DNA of 64,000 nt from Eledone cirrhosa (lineage: Eukaryota): positions 221,588,001 to 221,652,000 of the forward strand of contig OZ024740.1 in NCBI GenBank assembly GCA_964016885.1, in the 5' to 3' direction. Under the pieces are notes generated by a model. That model was not told where the DNA came from. It made no database searches and saw only the letters and a list, made by a program, of their open reading frames with translations. This document shows, piece after piece, positions 26,654 to 39,697 of this stretch. How positions within the stretch are numbered: the first letter of the stretch is position 1; each line of letters opens with the position of its first letter. Made by a program: the position numbers and the translations under genes.

Positions 26654-26742
26654 TGTGTATTTATATGTATGCATATATATATATTTATGCATGTATATAT
26701 ATATATGTATGAATGTTTATATATGTATATATACACACACAT

Positions 26743-26773
<31 letters not shown>

Positions 26774-26950
26774 CATGAATGTGTATATACATGTATATAT
26801 ATGTATACACATATAATCGCGCATACACACACACATATATATATTAATGTTTATGTTATAGTAGTTTAGAATTAGTTTGTAGTATACTTACAAACTGTTA
26901 TTGTAATGTCTTTTTCTCTCGTGGTCGTTCTTGTTTTCACCTGTACAATG

Positions 26951-26985
<35 letters not shown>

Positions 26986-27011
26986 GTGTGTGTGTATATA
27001 TATATATATAA

Positions 27012-27081
<70 letters not shown>

Positions 27082-27091
27082 GTGTGTGTAT

Positions 27092-27153
<62 letters not shown>

Positions 27154-27156
27154 ATA

Positions 27157-27196
<40 letters not shown>

Positions 27197-27197
27197 C

Positions 27198-27286
<89 letters not shown>

Positions 27287-28400
27287 ATACAAAAACGAAG
27301 TACAGCATAATCGAAGCTCTGGTTGCAGCCAAGCTAACGAATGCATATATATATGTATATATATGATTGTGTGTGTGTGGGTGGGTGTGTGTATCTGTGT
27401 GTATCTGTGTTTGTGCTTCTGTTATCTGATAATGTTTGAAGTTAATATACACACAATCTATATGGGTGATTTTGCTATAATGGACATTACGTTAAGGAAC
27501 CTAAATCTACGTAGTTACGTTGCCGCTCCATTAAATCACCAGGAGGAACATAACCAGACTATTCCTGTTCTGTAATGATCACTTGCTTCAGTATTCACAT
27601 GTCTAACCAAATAGTGTACTGCTGCTATTTATTGAAAAGCATATATTTGACTAATGTATCCCGCTTATTGTGTTAATTCTTATTTTACATTTGCATTACT
27701 TACGCTTTAAGACTTAATCGAAAATCATCGTTAACATAACCCCTCTCCTCCTCCCTTCCTACTCCTCTTCTTACTACTACTTCTCCTCCTCCTCCTCGTT
27801 CTACTCCTTCTAATACTCCTCATCCTGCTCCGCATCATGATCATCTTCCTCCTCATCACCCCCCTAGCATCACCAGCACCCCAACGAGCACCACCACCAC
27901 CACCACCACCACTAGAATTTCTTCTACATTCTCCTACTCTTTATATTCCTCATTTTACTACTTTGCCACCAGCATCATCATCATCATCATCATTATCATA
28001 ATCATCATCACAAACACCACCACCAACAGTGCAGCCAAAGCTACCAACACCACCGGAATTATTGCAATTACCACCAACACCGAGACCACGACTGGTACAA
28101 AAAACTTGGTTATGGGAAACCTATCCATTTGCATGCACTGTAGACTCTTGCATTTGTAATATATTGAGATAAAACACTTATATTAACTAAAATTATCGTT
28201 ATATTTAGTAGACAGAAACTCCCTCTTGGAATGTTTAAAATCTAAAAACAACAAACAAGCGACTTTAACTACAATATTATCAGCCAAGTGTAATAGAAAA
28301 TATAAACGGTACATATCGATCTTATTAAATCTTCTCGGCGACGCATATACAACCCAGTTGGCAAAGGGTTACAAACGATCAGAATACATATATATATATA

Positions 28401-28585
28401 TATAGGGTTGGCTAAAAATTTCATATGCTGACCAAGGTACTCTCATGGAATGACCAAATAAGATTTATTTTTCAACATATTCCCTGGATAGAAACAAGCA
28501 GTTATTAATAAGAAGAGTTGAAATGAAGGCATGCAAGATAAATGCATGCCTAGCCAATCTATGAAATATTCAGCCGACCCTCGTA
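28401..28585. mobile_element. Mariner-type MITE remnant
   Basis: Imperfect TIRs AGGGTTGGCTAAAAATTTCATA / TATGAAATATTCAGCCGACCCTCGTA; related inverted copy at 59257-59443. Confidence 0.55.
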
Positions 28586-28984
28586 AAAGGAAAAATAGTT
28601 CAGATGTATGTTCTGAATATTTGATATACATACATTAGCGTCTTATATGAGCGATAAATTGGCAGAGTCGTTAGAAAGTTGAATATAATGTTTGGGAGTA
28701 TTCGTCCTGGCTAACCTGCCGTGGATAACTTTCCTTTCATTCTTTCAAGGTCGATAAACAAATTATCAGTCCAAGTAATGAAGTCGATTAATCCTCTCTC
28801 TCTTTCTCCCTCTCCCTTACTATCTCTCTTTCTCTGGAAGAAATCGGCTGTGTTCAGACCTGGAGAGGAGATGGGCTCCACCAGGTTTGAAGTGTACAAC
28901 ACACGCCGTATGTTACGACGGCGTCTCGTCGACTCAATCAGGAATTACAAGTACATATATACAAGGTTTCACTTATGTAATATA

Positions 28985-29860
28985 GTTGTTTCTACTTTAG
29001 GCACAAGGCCAGCAATTACCCAGTACATTACTGGTACTTTATTGTATCGACCCTGTAAGGATGAAAGGCAAAGTCAACCTCGGCGGGATTTGAACTCAGA
29101 CCGTAAAGGGACGTAGCTATGCTGGAAAGCATGGCGTCCGACTCTCTACTGATACTGCCAATCCACCGCCCTAAATAATTGTTTCTACTTTAGGCACAAG
29201 GCCAGCAATTACCCAGTGCATTACTGGTACTTTATTTTATCGACCCTGTAAGGATGAAAGGCAAAGTCAACCTCAGCGGGATTTGAACTCAGATCGTAAA
29301 GGGACGTAACTATGCTGGAAAGCATGACGTCCGACCCTCCACCGATACTGCCAATCCACCAATCACTTATGTAATATAGTGACATGAAATATTTCTATTA
29401 AGATTATCTCTGCGATTTTTAGACAGAACCTCTAGGGCTTCTTTTAATTATGGTTTCTAATTGAAGCACAAGATCAGCAATTTTATGGGTATTGGAAAGG
29501 CGATTATATCAACCTCAGTACTTGACTGGTACGTTATTTTATCGACCCCGGAAACATCAAATCGGCGGGGTATGAACTTAAGGAGTCAAGAGTCGTAAAT
29601 AAATATTGTTAGATATTTTGGCTGACGTTCTACCGATTCTGCCACTCCATCGCCCTAGGGTTATTTTTAATCGTGGTGGATTGTCAGTATCGGTAGATAT
29701 TCGGACACCATGCTTTGACGCATTGAGTTACGGCCCTTGCCATTCTGAGTTCTAATCCCGCCGAGGTTAACTTTGCCTTTCATCCTTACGGGGTCGATAA
29801 AATAAAGTACCAGTAATGTACTGGTTAATTGCTGGCCTTGTGCCAAATGTAGAAACAATT
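28985..29860. mobile_element. Cluster of four SINE copies (28985-29173 -, 29177-29360 -, 29447-29657 - degenerate, 29675-29860 +)
   Basis: Each matches the 255-445 family; the first two are head-to-tail. Confidence 0.85.
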
Positions 29861-31954
29861 ATATGTTTAACTTCTCAAGCTATTATGACAGAATACTGCT
29901 AACTTCCATAAACCACAGAAATGTTGCGTCACTTCCCACAGCCTCCGAAGAGAAGGTTATAAGGCTTAACAAGACTGCTTGCATGTTCCAGGGTTGGGTG
30001 GGAGATGCTATTAAAAAAGTACAAGTCTTGCACTGGAGTCGATTCTTCCTCTATATCTCTTTCTCGCGTCCATTTCTCACTCTCTCTATCCTTCTCTAGA
30101 AGAAATCTGCTGTATCGAGACCTGGCGAGGAGATAGACTCGGCCAGGTTTAAAAAAGATACACTAGTAACAACCCTAAGTCAATACGGCGCTCCTACGAC
30201 CCTCCCAGGAGTTACGGGATCATGCAAGCATGCATGCTTACATAACACCATTGAAATTAATATTTTATTTAAAATCCGTGTTTTATGACTAGAAGTGAGC
30301 ATGCTGTATCTTCCAAGCGAATAAAATATCTTAGAATATCCCCTGTTCAAGGAATATTGCAAAGGGATAGATAACCTACATAAAGTAGATAACATCTGCC
30401 TGAAAATAAATCAACATGTATTTTCATATCGAGATTATTTTTGTTGACATGTTTTAACATATGTTTTCACAATTTTACAGTTTGCAAGGCTTTAACATTG
30501 CGTTATTGGTTTGATAAAGAATCAATGAGGAAGGAAAGAAGACAAATCTAGCAGCAGAGAAATCATATAATTTCTGAGAATATAAACATTGGAAAGTAGT
30601 AAACAAAAATGATAGCTGGAGATATAGAGAGGAATGAGGGGGGGGGGGTGACGCAGGAGAAGAAGAGGAGAGAGAAAGAGGAAAGAAGAAAGAATAAAGA
30701 AGAAAAAAGAAAGAAGAAAGAAGAAATCAGAAGGAAAGAAAGAAAGAACGAAAGAGAAGAGGATGGAGTCTGCTGCAATAAATACAGTTTTGAATAAGAC
30801 TGAAGAAAAAGAAAGACAGAGTGAAATAAAAAGTGTGACAACGAAAGACAATTTTTTTTGCAAGCGTACATGTCCCTGTCTGTCTGCCTATCTGTCAGTC
30901 TTTATGTGATGTATGTGTATATGTCTGTGCATATCTGTGTATGTATCTGATAACAACGCATGTATGTGTGCGTGTGTATATGAATGTGTATGTGTGCATA
31001 TGTATGTGATGTACATGTATGTATATACATGTGTATGCATATGCGTGTGTATATATATGTGATATGTATGTGATATGAGGTGTATGTATGTGCATGTGTG
31101 TATGGGATGTGTGTGTATGTATATGCGTGTGTATATATGTATGAGCGTATGTGCATGTATGTGCGTCTCTGTGAGTATGTGTGGGTTGGTGGGTGTGTGT
31201 TTCTTAAGAATGGTAATATCACGAGAGGTATATTCCACGTATCAGCGACGATCCAAATTTAGACATTCCAGACAAGAATTCCGGTGAAAATATTGCTTCA
31301 TTTACATGGTTGGTATTTAAAATATCGATTTCCATTCACTAGCTACGATGCCAATCATTGGTTTAAATCGATATCGCTTTATTACTGATACGAAGTCAAC
31401 TTACACTCCATTCTTTCGGGGTTGATTAAGATGAAAGAAAGTAACAACCCAGGGTGGTGGATTGGCGGAAATGATTGCGATACATTAGGTATTTGTTTTG
31501 GTCTTTTGCACCCTGAGATGAAATTCCTCTGTAGTGTATCTTGTTGGTAGACTTAACCCTTTACCTCGTTTAATACTACCATACGGTCCTTGGATGTCTT
31601 TTAGCAAGCTCCACTCCGTTGCAAGCACTGCAACCAAGCCTCCGTTTTCATGATATCTTCGTCCCTTCTTCTCACTGGTCTTGGAGGGCCCTAAAGCGAG
31701 TTAGGGGCACTGACCTTCCTTCCTAAATAAATAGTAAAATAAATATAATTTAAAGGGAGAGTTAAATTAAAGACCATGACAATCCCTTGGTGAGATGTCA
31801 ACCGCGTAAAACGGAAAAGGACATCGACTATAAAGAAACTCGCAATATATATATATATATGTCTAGGGCGGGTAAAATTCCTGAGATCCATGGACGAGTT
31901 CTCTCCAGCGGTCTATGTCCCTCATTATCGCTGCCATATCCTGGGGGTGTTGTT

Positions 31955-31985
31955 TACGACGTTTCGGACATAAGCCCTTCATCAG
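31955..31985 (-). ncRNA. Hammerhead core without obvious stem I
   Basis: CTGATGA-AGGGC-TTAT-GTCC-GAAA-CGTCGTA in a short non-coding block next to (TA)n. Confidence 0.55.
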
Positions 31986-32255
31986 GAGAATTGGGGTGGA
32001 GGAACTCCGAGGAGTGAAGGGGGAAAAAACTTGAAGGACGGGAAAAATAGAAAAAAATATATATATGTAGAGAGAGAGAGAAAGAGAGAGATATAGAGAA
32101 ATGGAGAGAGAGAGAGAGAGGAGGAGTCAGCAACGCTAAGCGGTTGAGATTATATCTATCCCTATACCCACTCTGCACCTCTCCATGCATTGCATTGAGT
32201 ACACCCATGATTTGTGGTCTCTTAGCACCGGATACTCTCTATCTCTCTTTCTCTC

Positions 32256-32296
<41 letters not shown>

Positions 32297-32325
32297 GTGG
32301 TTACACAATAGTTAGTTCACCATAC

Positions 32326-32367
32326 TACGAGAAAAATTGTTTCATCTTAGCGGATCCTCAGCTCGTA
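32326..32367 (-). ncRNA. Hammerhead (element E, 3' pLTR)
   Basis: TACGAG-CTGAGGA-TCCGCTAAGAT-GAAA-CAATTTTT-CTCGTA; stem III mutated. Confidence 0.65.
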
Positions 32368-33320
32368 ATGGACATGGTTATACGGAACAACCATACGAAC
32401 GCGCATGCACAGAAACGATCACTTCACACAGGCAATTCTAAATTGCGTGCGAGAGGTGATAACTGGGAGATAACTGTGAAAGTCCGAAAAGTTTCTAGTT
32501 GATAAGAAAATTAGGATGTTGTAATTCAATCCGGAGCTTTGTAGTTATGTAAGAGGTGTTTCCGGACGTGTGGACAACGTGTGAAGAATTTATTTCTCGT
32601 GTTTAGGCAATCACTATTGTGTAATCTCTTTAGAATATTTATTCGTGCATCAATACATAGTCCACACGACGGATTGCCCCTTGCGTATGGCTTGGACATA
32701 GTGATAGCTTTCCATTGAGGGACCATACGTGGCTCACGAGTTTCGTGGATGAACGTCTGTCAGGGTACCTAAAGGTCGACTGGTAGTTCAGGAAGCGTTC
32801 CTTAAATCGGCCCTCCACCATACCCACATACGATTTGAACCCCTGTGGTTGATTTGGTCGGTTGGAAGTGACCACAGCTTCATAAACTACAGCGGGTGTG
32901 TTGCATTGCTGTTGAAGGGGACAAGCTTCGGGCTTACGACAAGAGCACCCTGGTGGGGTGTTGCTCTTAGGGCTGTTGGTGATGTGGGCCTTCATGTTCT
33001 TAGCGTAGGAGTATCCTAGTTTTACTTTGTGTCGGTTAAAGATGGAGCGGTCTTTATGACCTATGGGAAAGTGTCTATCTAACAGGGCTAGAAATGTTGT
33101 TGTCCACACGTCTGGAAACACCTCTTACATAACTACAAAGTTCCGGATTGAATTACAACAACATCCTAATTTTCTTATCATCTAGAAACTTTTCGGACTT
33201 TCGAAGTTATCTCCCTTACACCTCTCGCACGCAATTTAGTATTGCCTGTGTGAAGTGATCGTTTCTGCGCATGCGCGTTCGTACGGTTGTCCTTCCTGTT
33301 CCGTATAACCATGTCCATTA

Positions 33321-33358
33321 CGAGCTGAGGATCCGCTAAGGTGAAACAATTGTTCTCG
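33321..33358 (+). ncRNA. Hammerhead (element E, inverted pLTR)
   Basis: CGAG-CTGAGGA-TCCGCTAAGGT-GAAA-CAATTG-TT-CTCG; palindromic stem III AACAATTGTT. Confidence 0.75.
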
Positions 33359-33453
33359 GTATGGTGAACTAACTGTTGTGTTACCACTTATACCTAACTC
33401 CTCGTCCCATGGACTGAGTGGTTTACCACTGCGGATATTAACTTCCAGTGTTC

Positions 33454-33509
<56 letters not shown>

Positions 33510-33559
33510 AAAAGATTCAGGACCCCGACGGCTGAGCTCCGACCGTTTCGACACCTTTG

Positions 33560-33602
<43 letters not shown>

Positions 33603-35762
33603 CTATGCTTTGGAAGGGTCATGTTGCCAATAAGAAACACACGCACCAGTTGCTTTCACTCCAATTTATTATAAATTAAATTTATAAATTTAAGAATTTA
33701 TAAATTTTCGGTTGGTTGGTTGGTTCCACAACCGGACGGTTGTTCATATATTGTCAAAGTTCTTTCGTCACACATTCGGTGACTAGGGATTCTTTTCTTT
33801 GTTTTTGTGCCTCTCCTTTGTTCTGTCCTACGCCATATTGTTTTTATGTGTGTTGTGTGCTTAGTTTGAGCATGTGTTACATCCGGTTGTCTGTGTGTGT
33901 TTATATTTGTTTCTTTATTTGTTTATTTACATGTTACTGGTTGGTTGTTTGTTCTATGTGTGTGTGTGTTTTCATTTTGTCCTTAATTGTAAGTTGTGAT
34001 ATTGCTGTTCCATTCATGTTTTCTATTTAATTTTAGTTGGAGTTCATTGAGGTTTATTGCTTCTGTGATTTGTCTAAACATTGCGTCATTTCTGTGTGTA
34101 GATTTTATTTTTATTTCTATGCTCTCTAATTTACCCTTATGTTCTATTTTAGCATGTTGGTGGAGTACAGATGATTCTTTTATGTCTTGAAGCTCTCGCC
34201 AGTGTTCATTTATTCGTTCTCCTATACTACGAGCTCTCTCACCTATGTACACTATATTCTTATTTCTACATTGTCCTTCAGTACATCTTATGCTATATTT
34301 CTAGTTTTACAGTTAATATGGGCTTAATTTACAGATTATACATTTCTTATTTATACATGGAGTTACCTGGTCTTTATACTATCTTAATATTGAGTTTATG
34401 TTTATCTAGGCCCCTTCTAAATTTGTAAGCTAATTCACCTCTAGGGGTTGTATTGATGAACATTACACTCTAGTATTTATTGCTATCATACCATGAGATT
34501 ATTCTATTAACCTTATTCCTAGTTATTTCTATTCTATTCCAAAATTTGCTCCTATACAAGGGGAAGGGCCCATTTGTATCATCATTTACCATTTTTTTTC
34601 CATTTGGTTCTGGCTCCTCTATATACTCTGATTTTATCTCTCTGATTGTAACCAGAGAACTGCATACGTTGGATGAAGTGTTGTATGTGTCTCTCTAGTT
34701 CTTTGGGGTTGCACATGCGGGACACGTTTCTCATCACCCGTACCAAATCCGCAATCGGTATGTTGATTTTGGTGTGGTCCGAAACAGCTGAGTTTCGATA
34801 TTTGGAAGTCATGGGTTTGGCATAATGGGAATGGAGGATGGAGGATTTGTTTTTTGTTATTAATGTTTTCTAACCAGAGCTCTGTGTCTAGTACAGGTAA
34901 TCGATGGTTGGGGTGTTTGCTTGGGTAGTCTATAGTAACTCTAACACTCTGGTGGATGGAGTTAGCTATTTGCTGGATGCTTTCCATGGTGTTTTTCTCT
35001 AATTCTTAACTGTTCTCTAGTGGGGTGTTTTTACTACGATGTTTATATCATCAACGTAGCGGGAGTACATTATCAGGGTTAAGAGGTCGCTGTCTTCTAA
35101 TTGTTCTTTAAGTTTAAGTTTAAGTTTATTGTCTCACCATACCATGAATAGGTTAGCTATGTCACCTGCAATGCTAACACCAATGGCTGCTCCCTCCTCT
35201 TGGGCATTTGTTTTTCCATTAAATTTGAACATATGTTCCTTAAGGGTTAATTTTATACTGGCCCCCACCGCATGTGCAATAATTTTCTTTAGTTCATCGT
35301 GGTTTTCGGGGGTCCGTATGGCTCTGGTCCACCCGTTCCATCCATATGTGTGGGTTTTCTTGGCACTTGAGGTGGTGTGCCCCTTGCTGGTCTTGTAGGG
35401 CACAGGCTGCTAAGGTCATATGTATCTAGATAATCATTACTATAGGTAAGTTTAAGTAGGGGTCCCAGCTCACTGGTATCAATCCCACGGAATTCAACAT
35501 TGCTCTCACTGATCATTTCTACGCATTTCTCCACAGCAAAATCCACGTCAATGGATGGATATAGGGACACAACATCCATACTATCTATTATGCAGTTTGT
35601 TAGGTCCCTAGATCGGTTACTTTCGCTGATTCTGTTGAGGAGGTCCTCAGTGCTGTCACATATATCTGGGGACATTTCAATGATGGGGCGTATGATCATG
35701 GAGAGGAAGTAGGAAAGTCTGTAGTTACTCGCAATGTTAGCTCCACAGACTGGTCCTTTGAC

Positions 35763-35793
35763 AGGGTTAGGGTTAGGGTTAGGGTTAGGGTTA
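35763..35793 (+). repeat. Interstitial telomeric repeat, (AGGGTT)5
   Basis: AGGGTTAGGGTTAGGGTTAGGGTTAGGGTTA. Confidence 0.95.
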
Positions 35794-36596
35794 TCATATT
35801 TACCTTATTATATGTGGCATATTTAGGTGGTAGCTGTAATATCGATAATTCATCAGAGTCGACTGTAGTGTTGCCGTATATATTTGTGTTGTTGTTGTTG
35901 AATTCATCTGTTAATGAGATGTTGGCCATGTTTATACCGTCAATCTTGTCCGGATATCTATCGCTATTCTCTAAAGTTTCTTGGTCTAGTTTCATCTGTT
36001 TGAGCCACCTTAATTTCTCGTTAAAGTGCTTGTCACATTCCTGAACAATGTACTTTTCTTCGAGACATATAAGGTTTATATATATTAATTTTTCTCTTGG
36101 TGTGGTGATCTTAGTTATTTCTTGTATTAGGTTACGCTTATGTTTTTCTTGATGACTTAATTCTCTGTAAATCTTCTTTTTTATGTTTAGAATTAGTGTT
36201 CGTTTTAGCCTATCTGCTGCTTTTTGGTAAGTTGTAATCTTCTTACATCGGTGTTGATGGTGTTGGTGTAAACTCGGGACGGGGCACGTTCTTTTATGAA
36301 GTGTAGTTGTCGAGATGTTATTGTTTTTCGTAGACAACAGAACATGGAGGTTTTCAGTATCTTGTTAGCCTGGCTAAGGCTTACGATATTTCGTTTCTGA
36401 ATTTGTTTAGCAAGATTCTTTATCTGAAAACGTGTGTTGAAACCGATAATGTTATGCTTTGGGTGGGTTATGTGGCCAATAAGAAACACACGCACCAGTT
36501 GCTTTCACTCCAATTTATTATAATTTAAATTTATAAATTTAAGAATTTACACATTTCCGGTTGGTGGTTCCACAACCGGACGGTTGTTCATATAAT

Positions 36597-36639
36597 GTCA
36601 AAGTTCTTTCGTCACACATTCTGTGACCTCTTCAGTGAC
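36597..36639 (-). ncRNA. Hammerhead (family F)
   Basis: GTCA-CTGAAGA-GGTCAC(AGAATGT)GTGAC-GAAA-GAAC-TT-TGAC. Confidence 0.78.
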
Positions 36640-36951
36640 TGGGGATTCTTTTCTTTGTTTTTGTGCCTCTCTTTTGTTCTGTCCTACGCCATCATGTTTT
36701 TATGTGTGTTGTGTGCTTAGTTTGCGCATCCGGGTTACATCCGGGTTACATCCGGGTGTCTGTGTGTGTTTATATTTGTTTATTTACATGTTACTGGTTG
36801 GTTGTTTGTTCTATGTGTGTGCGTGTTTTCATTTTGTTCTATGTGTGTGTGTGTATAAATTTAATTTATAATAAATTGGAGTGAAAGCAACTGGTGCGCG
36901 TGTTTCTTATTGGCAACATGACCCTCCCAAAGCATAACAATATCGGTTTCA

Positions 36952-36981
<30 letters not shown>

Positions 36982-36983
<2 letters not shown>

Positions 36984-37554
36984 GGTGGCTGCCAACTCGT
37001 TTTCGAGTACGGCCACTACTTTATATCCATGTAGGAGAACCCCTACCGATGCGCTGAGCGAGTGTGACTTTTTAGTCCAGCCAGCGACTTGAAAACTCTG
37101 GTACAAACACTACACTTGTGACAATTACTGACACATAGTGCTGGGTCCATTGTACCCTGTGATGACAAGTGCAGGGAGATCTCCAGATATAAAGCAGTGC
37201 CTGTGCCGTGAAGCTTTTATAGTGAGAAAAGGCACTGCACAAAGCCAGTCCCACTCTCTTAACCAAGATGATATTTACCAAAAAGAAGAACAAGTCAACA
37301 TCATTGGATACCATCAGGGTTGCAGGTGCTATATCAGAGTTTTCCTTCTCCTAGAATTCTGCCTTGACAAAGACTAAGGGGTCATCTCTCCCGGTGATTT
37401 TGGATGGCCATTGACTCTTAAGAGCTCCTTTGCCCTTTGACAGGTTTTGTTTTTAGTCCTGCAGGATGTCCAAAGTCACCCTCCTCACCAAGAAACCTTG
37501 GTGGGGTTGCCAGTTTAGTCGCCAACGACCCGACTATGAGACAGGTTGTACTGG
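36982..37554 (-). mobile_element. Non-autonomous RTE-derived element (5' leader + 3' tail, no ORF)
   Basis: Starts CCAGTACAACCTGTC..GGCGACTAAACTGG; ends GGCCGTACTCGAAAACGAGTTGGCAGCCACCAT; homologous to 12226-12772. Confidence 0.6.
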
Positions 37555-38023
37555 GAATATATATACATACATATATATATACATACATATATATATATAT
37601 ACATACATACATATACATATACACACACATATATATATACACATACATACATATATATATATATACATACATATATACATACATATATATATATATACAT
37701 ATATACACACATATATATACATACATTCATATATATACATACATATATATATATACATACATATATATGTATACACACACACATATATATACATACACAT
37801 ATATACACACATATATATACATACATATATATATATATACATACATATATATATATACATACATATAGTATTAAGGATACTATTTATGGTTATGTATATA
37901 CTAAAACCTTTTATAGTTATATATATTTTAAACCCTAAACAGTGAAAGACAGTAATTTATTACTACCTTATTACCAGTAAGATAAATAGCTCAATGCAAT
38001 AACATCAGTTGTTCTACAGAGCA

Positions 38024-39482
38024 GTTATATAGGAATTACATGAATCAAAATTCTGTTCAAACCATTTATTAGCTTACAATTGTTTCGTCCAGACCGAGGT
38101 TTGGGGTCTTCGGACCAATTTTTCAATGATTGTTTACATACATGACCTCCTTTCCAACACAAGAGACATACAGAAACATATGTATATATCGATGCACAGT
38201 GGGCTGACATCCATTATAATATTTTAGCATGGCAATTTACATTCAAAGATTAAAATCATATTAAAAGAAAATTAAAACAAAATTAAAGTTAAAATACAAC
38301 ATCGGCACTTTACGAAGATAATGCAAGAGGATAGTTTGAAGTAGTTAGTGTATGCAATAGTTACACGTGGGGCATGCACGTGTGTCTTATTTATATAAGA
38401 TTATAGTGCGGCAAGGTGTTATATGGAATACAAGCACTTTAAGCGGGCAATCAAGAGTATTATGGGGGTTGTATTGGTAAAGTATTTTTTATGTATGATA
38501 TAGAAGCTTGTGTGCAGAGAAATATTAAAAATGAGAAGCATGATAGAGGGTAATCATCATAATATGGACACCTTTAGTACTTCTTGATAGACTAGACTGT
38601 AATTTAAAGATAGGATACTTAAATTTAGAAACTGCTTATAACCATATATGATAGCGACTCAATTGGGACACCATTTAATGTACATTGGGATAATAAATTT
38701 AGTTATAGAAATCAGCTAGTTACCTCCCATCAATCATTAACTCCCCTTAATTACACACACACTTCCGGAAAATAAAACGATGTTAATTCTCGCAACAAAA
38801 ACAACCTGCTCTATAAAATTGGATTAAAGAACAACAAGCTGTAATAATCTAACCTAATTCATCAAGCATCCAATACTGAATCATCGTTGATTATGTGAAG
38901 GACATATAATCTATATATTACGTTTCCTGGATTGTGAAAATGGTGGTGTATACGAAAACCATAACATTATTTTGCTTCTCATTTTTAATATTTCTCTGCA
39001 CACTAGCTTCTATATCATACATAAAAAATACTTTACCAATACAACCCCCATAATACTCTTGTTGCCCGCTTAAAGTGCTTGTATTGCATATAACACCTTG
39101 CCGCACAATAATCTTATATAAATAAGACACACGTGCATGCCCCACATGTAACTATTGCATACACTAACCACTTCAAACTATCCTCTTGCATTATCTTTGT
39201 AAACTGCCGATGTTGTATTTTAACTTTAATTTTGTTTTAATTTTCTTTTAATATGATTTTAATCTTTGAATGTAAATTGCCATGCTAAAATATCATAATG
39301 GATGTCAACCCACTGTGCATCGATATATACATATGTTTCTGTATGTCTCTTGTGTTGGAAAGGAGGTCATGTATGTAAACAATCATTGAAAAATTGGTCC
39401 GAAGACTCCAAACCTCGGTCTGGACAAAACAATTGTAAGCTAATAAATGGTTTGAACAGAACTTTGATTCATGTAATTTCTA
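38024..39482 (+). mobile_element. PLE 3' remnant G with about 500-bp inverted pLTRs
   Basis: About 38027-38540 is the reverse complement of about 38970-39482; the spacer has decayed GIY-YIG C-terminal traces; both arms carry an HHR. Confidence 0.75.
38068..38119 (-). ncRNA. Hammerhead with U4C core (CCGAAGA)
   Basis: ATTGGT-CCGAAGA-CCCCAAACC(TC)GGTCTGGAC-GAAA-CAATTG-TA-A-GCTAAT; the sister copy 39393-39444(+) has GAAA changed to AAAA. Confidence 0.7.
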
Positions 39483-39650
39483 TACATATATATATATATA
39501 TACATACATACATACATATATATATACATACATATATATATATATATACACATACATATATATATATATATACACATACATATACATATATATAGACACA
39601 CACACATATATACACAGTATAAAAATGTATTTAGGCATCTTAACACCCCT

Positions 39651-39689
<39 letters not shown>

Positions 39690-39697
<8 letters not shown>

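Larger units (their letters stand above)
32295..33390 (-). mobile_element. PLE 3' fragment E (GIY-YIG) with inverted pLTRs
   Basis: CSCRKPEACPLQQQC..VVYEAVV..YVGMVEGRFKER, CGLC, RCPH; 32295-32570 inverted at 33110-33390. Confidence 0.85.
33600..36955 (-). mobile_element. Penelope-like element F1 (third RT lineage) with tandem pLTRs and a short inverted pLTR
   Basis: SMDVVSLYPSI, QEEGAAIG, YSRYVDD, DYPSKHP..LPVLD, MQFSGY, YIGE; pLTR at 33600-33985 and 36450-36850, inverted piece 36855-36955. Confidence 0.88.

Noticed and set aside
28985-29860. Repeated units resembling a CRISPR or tRNA array
   Set aside because: They are SINE copies with no repeat-spacer structure and no complete cloverleaf
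37900-38025. CTGATGT on the minus strand as another hammerhead
   Set aside because: No properly placed GAAA or stem I
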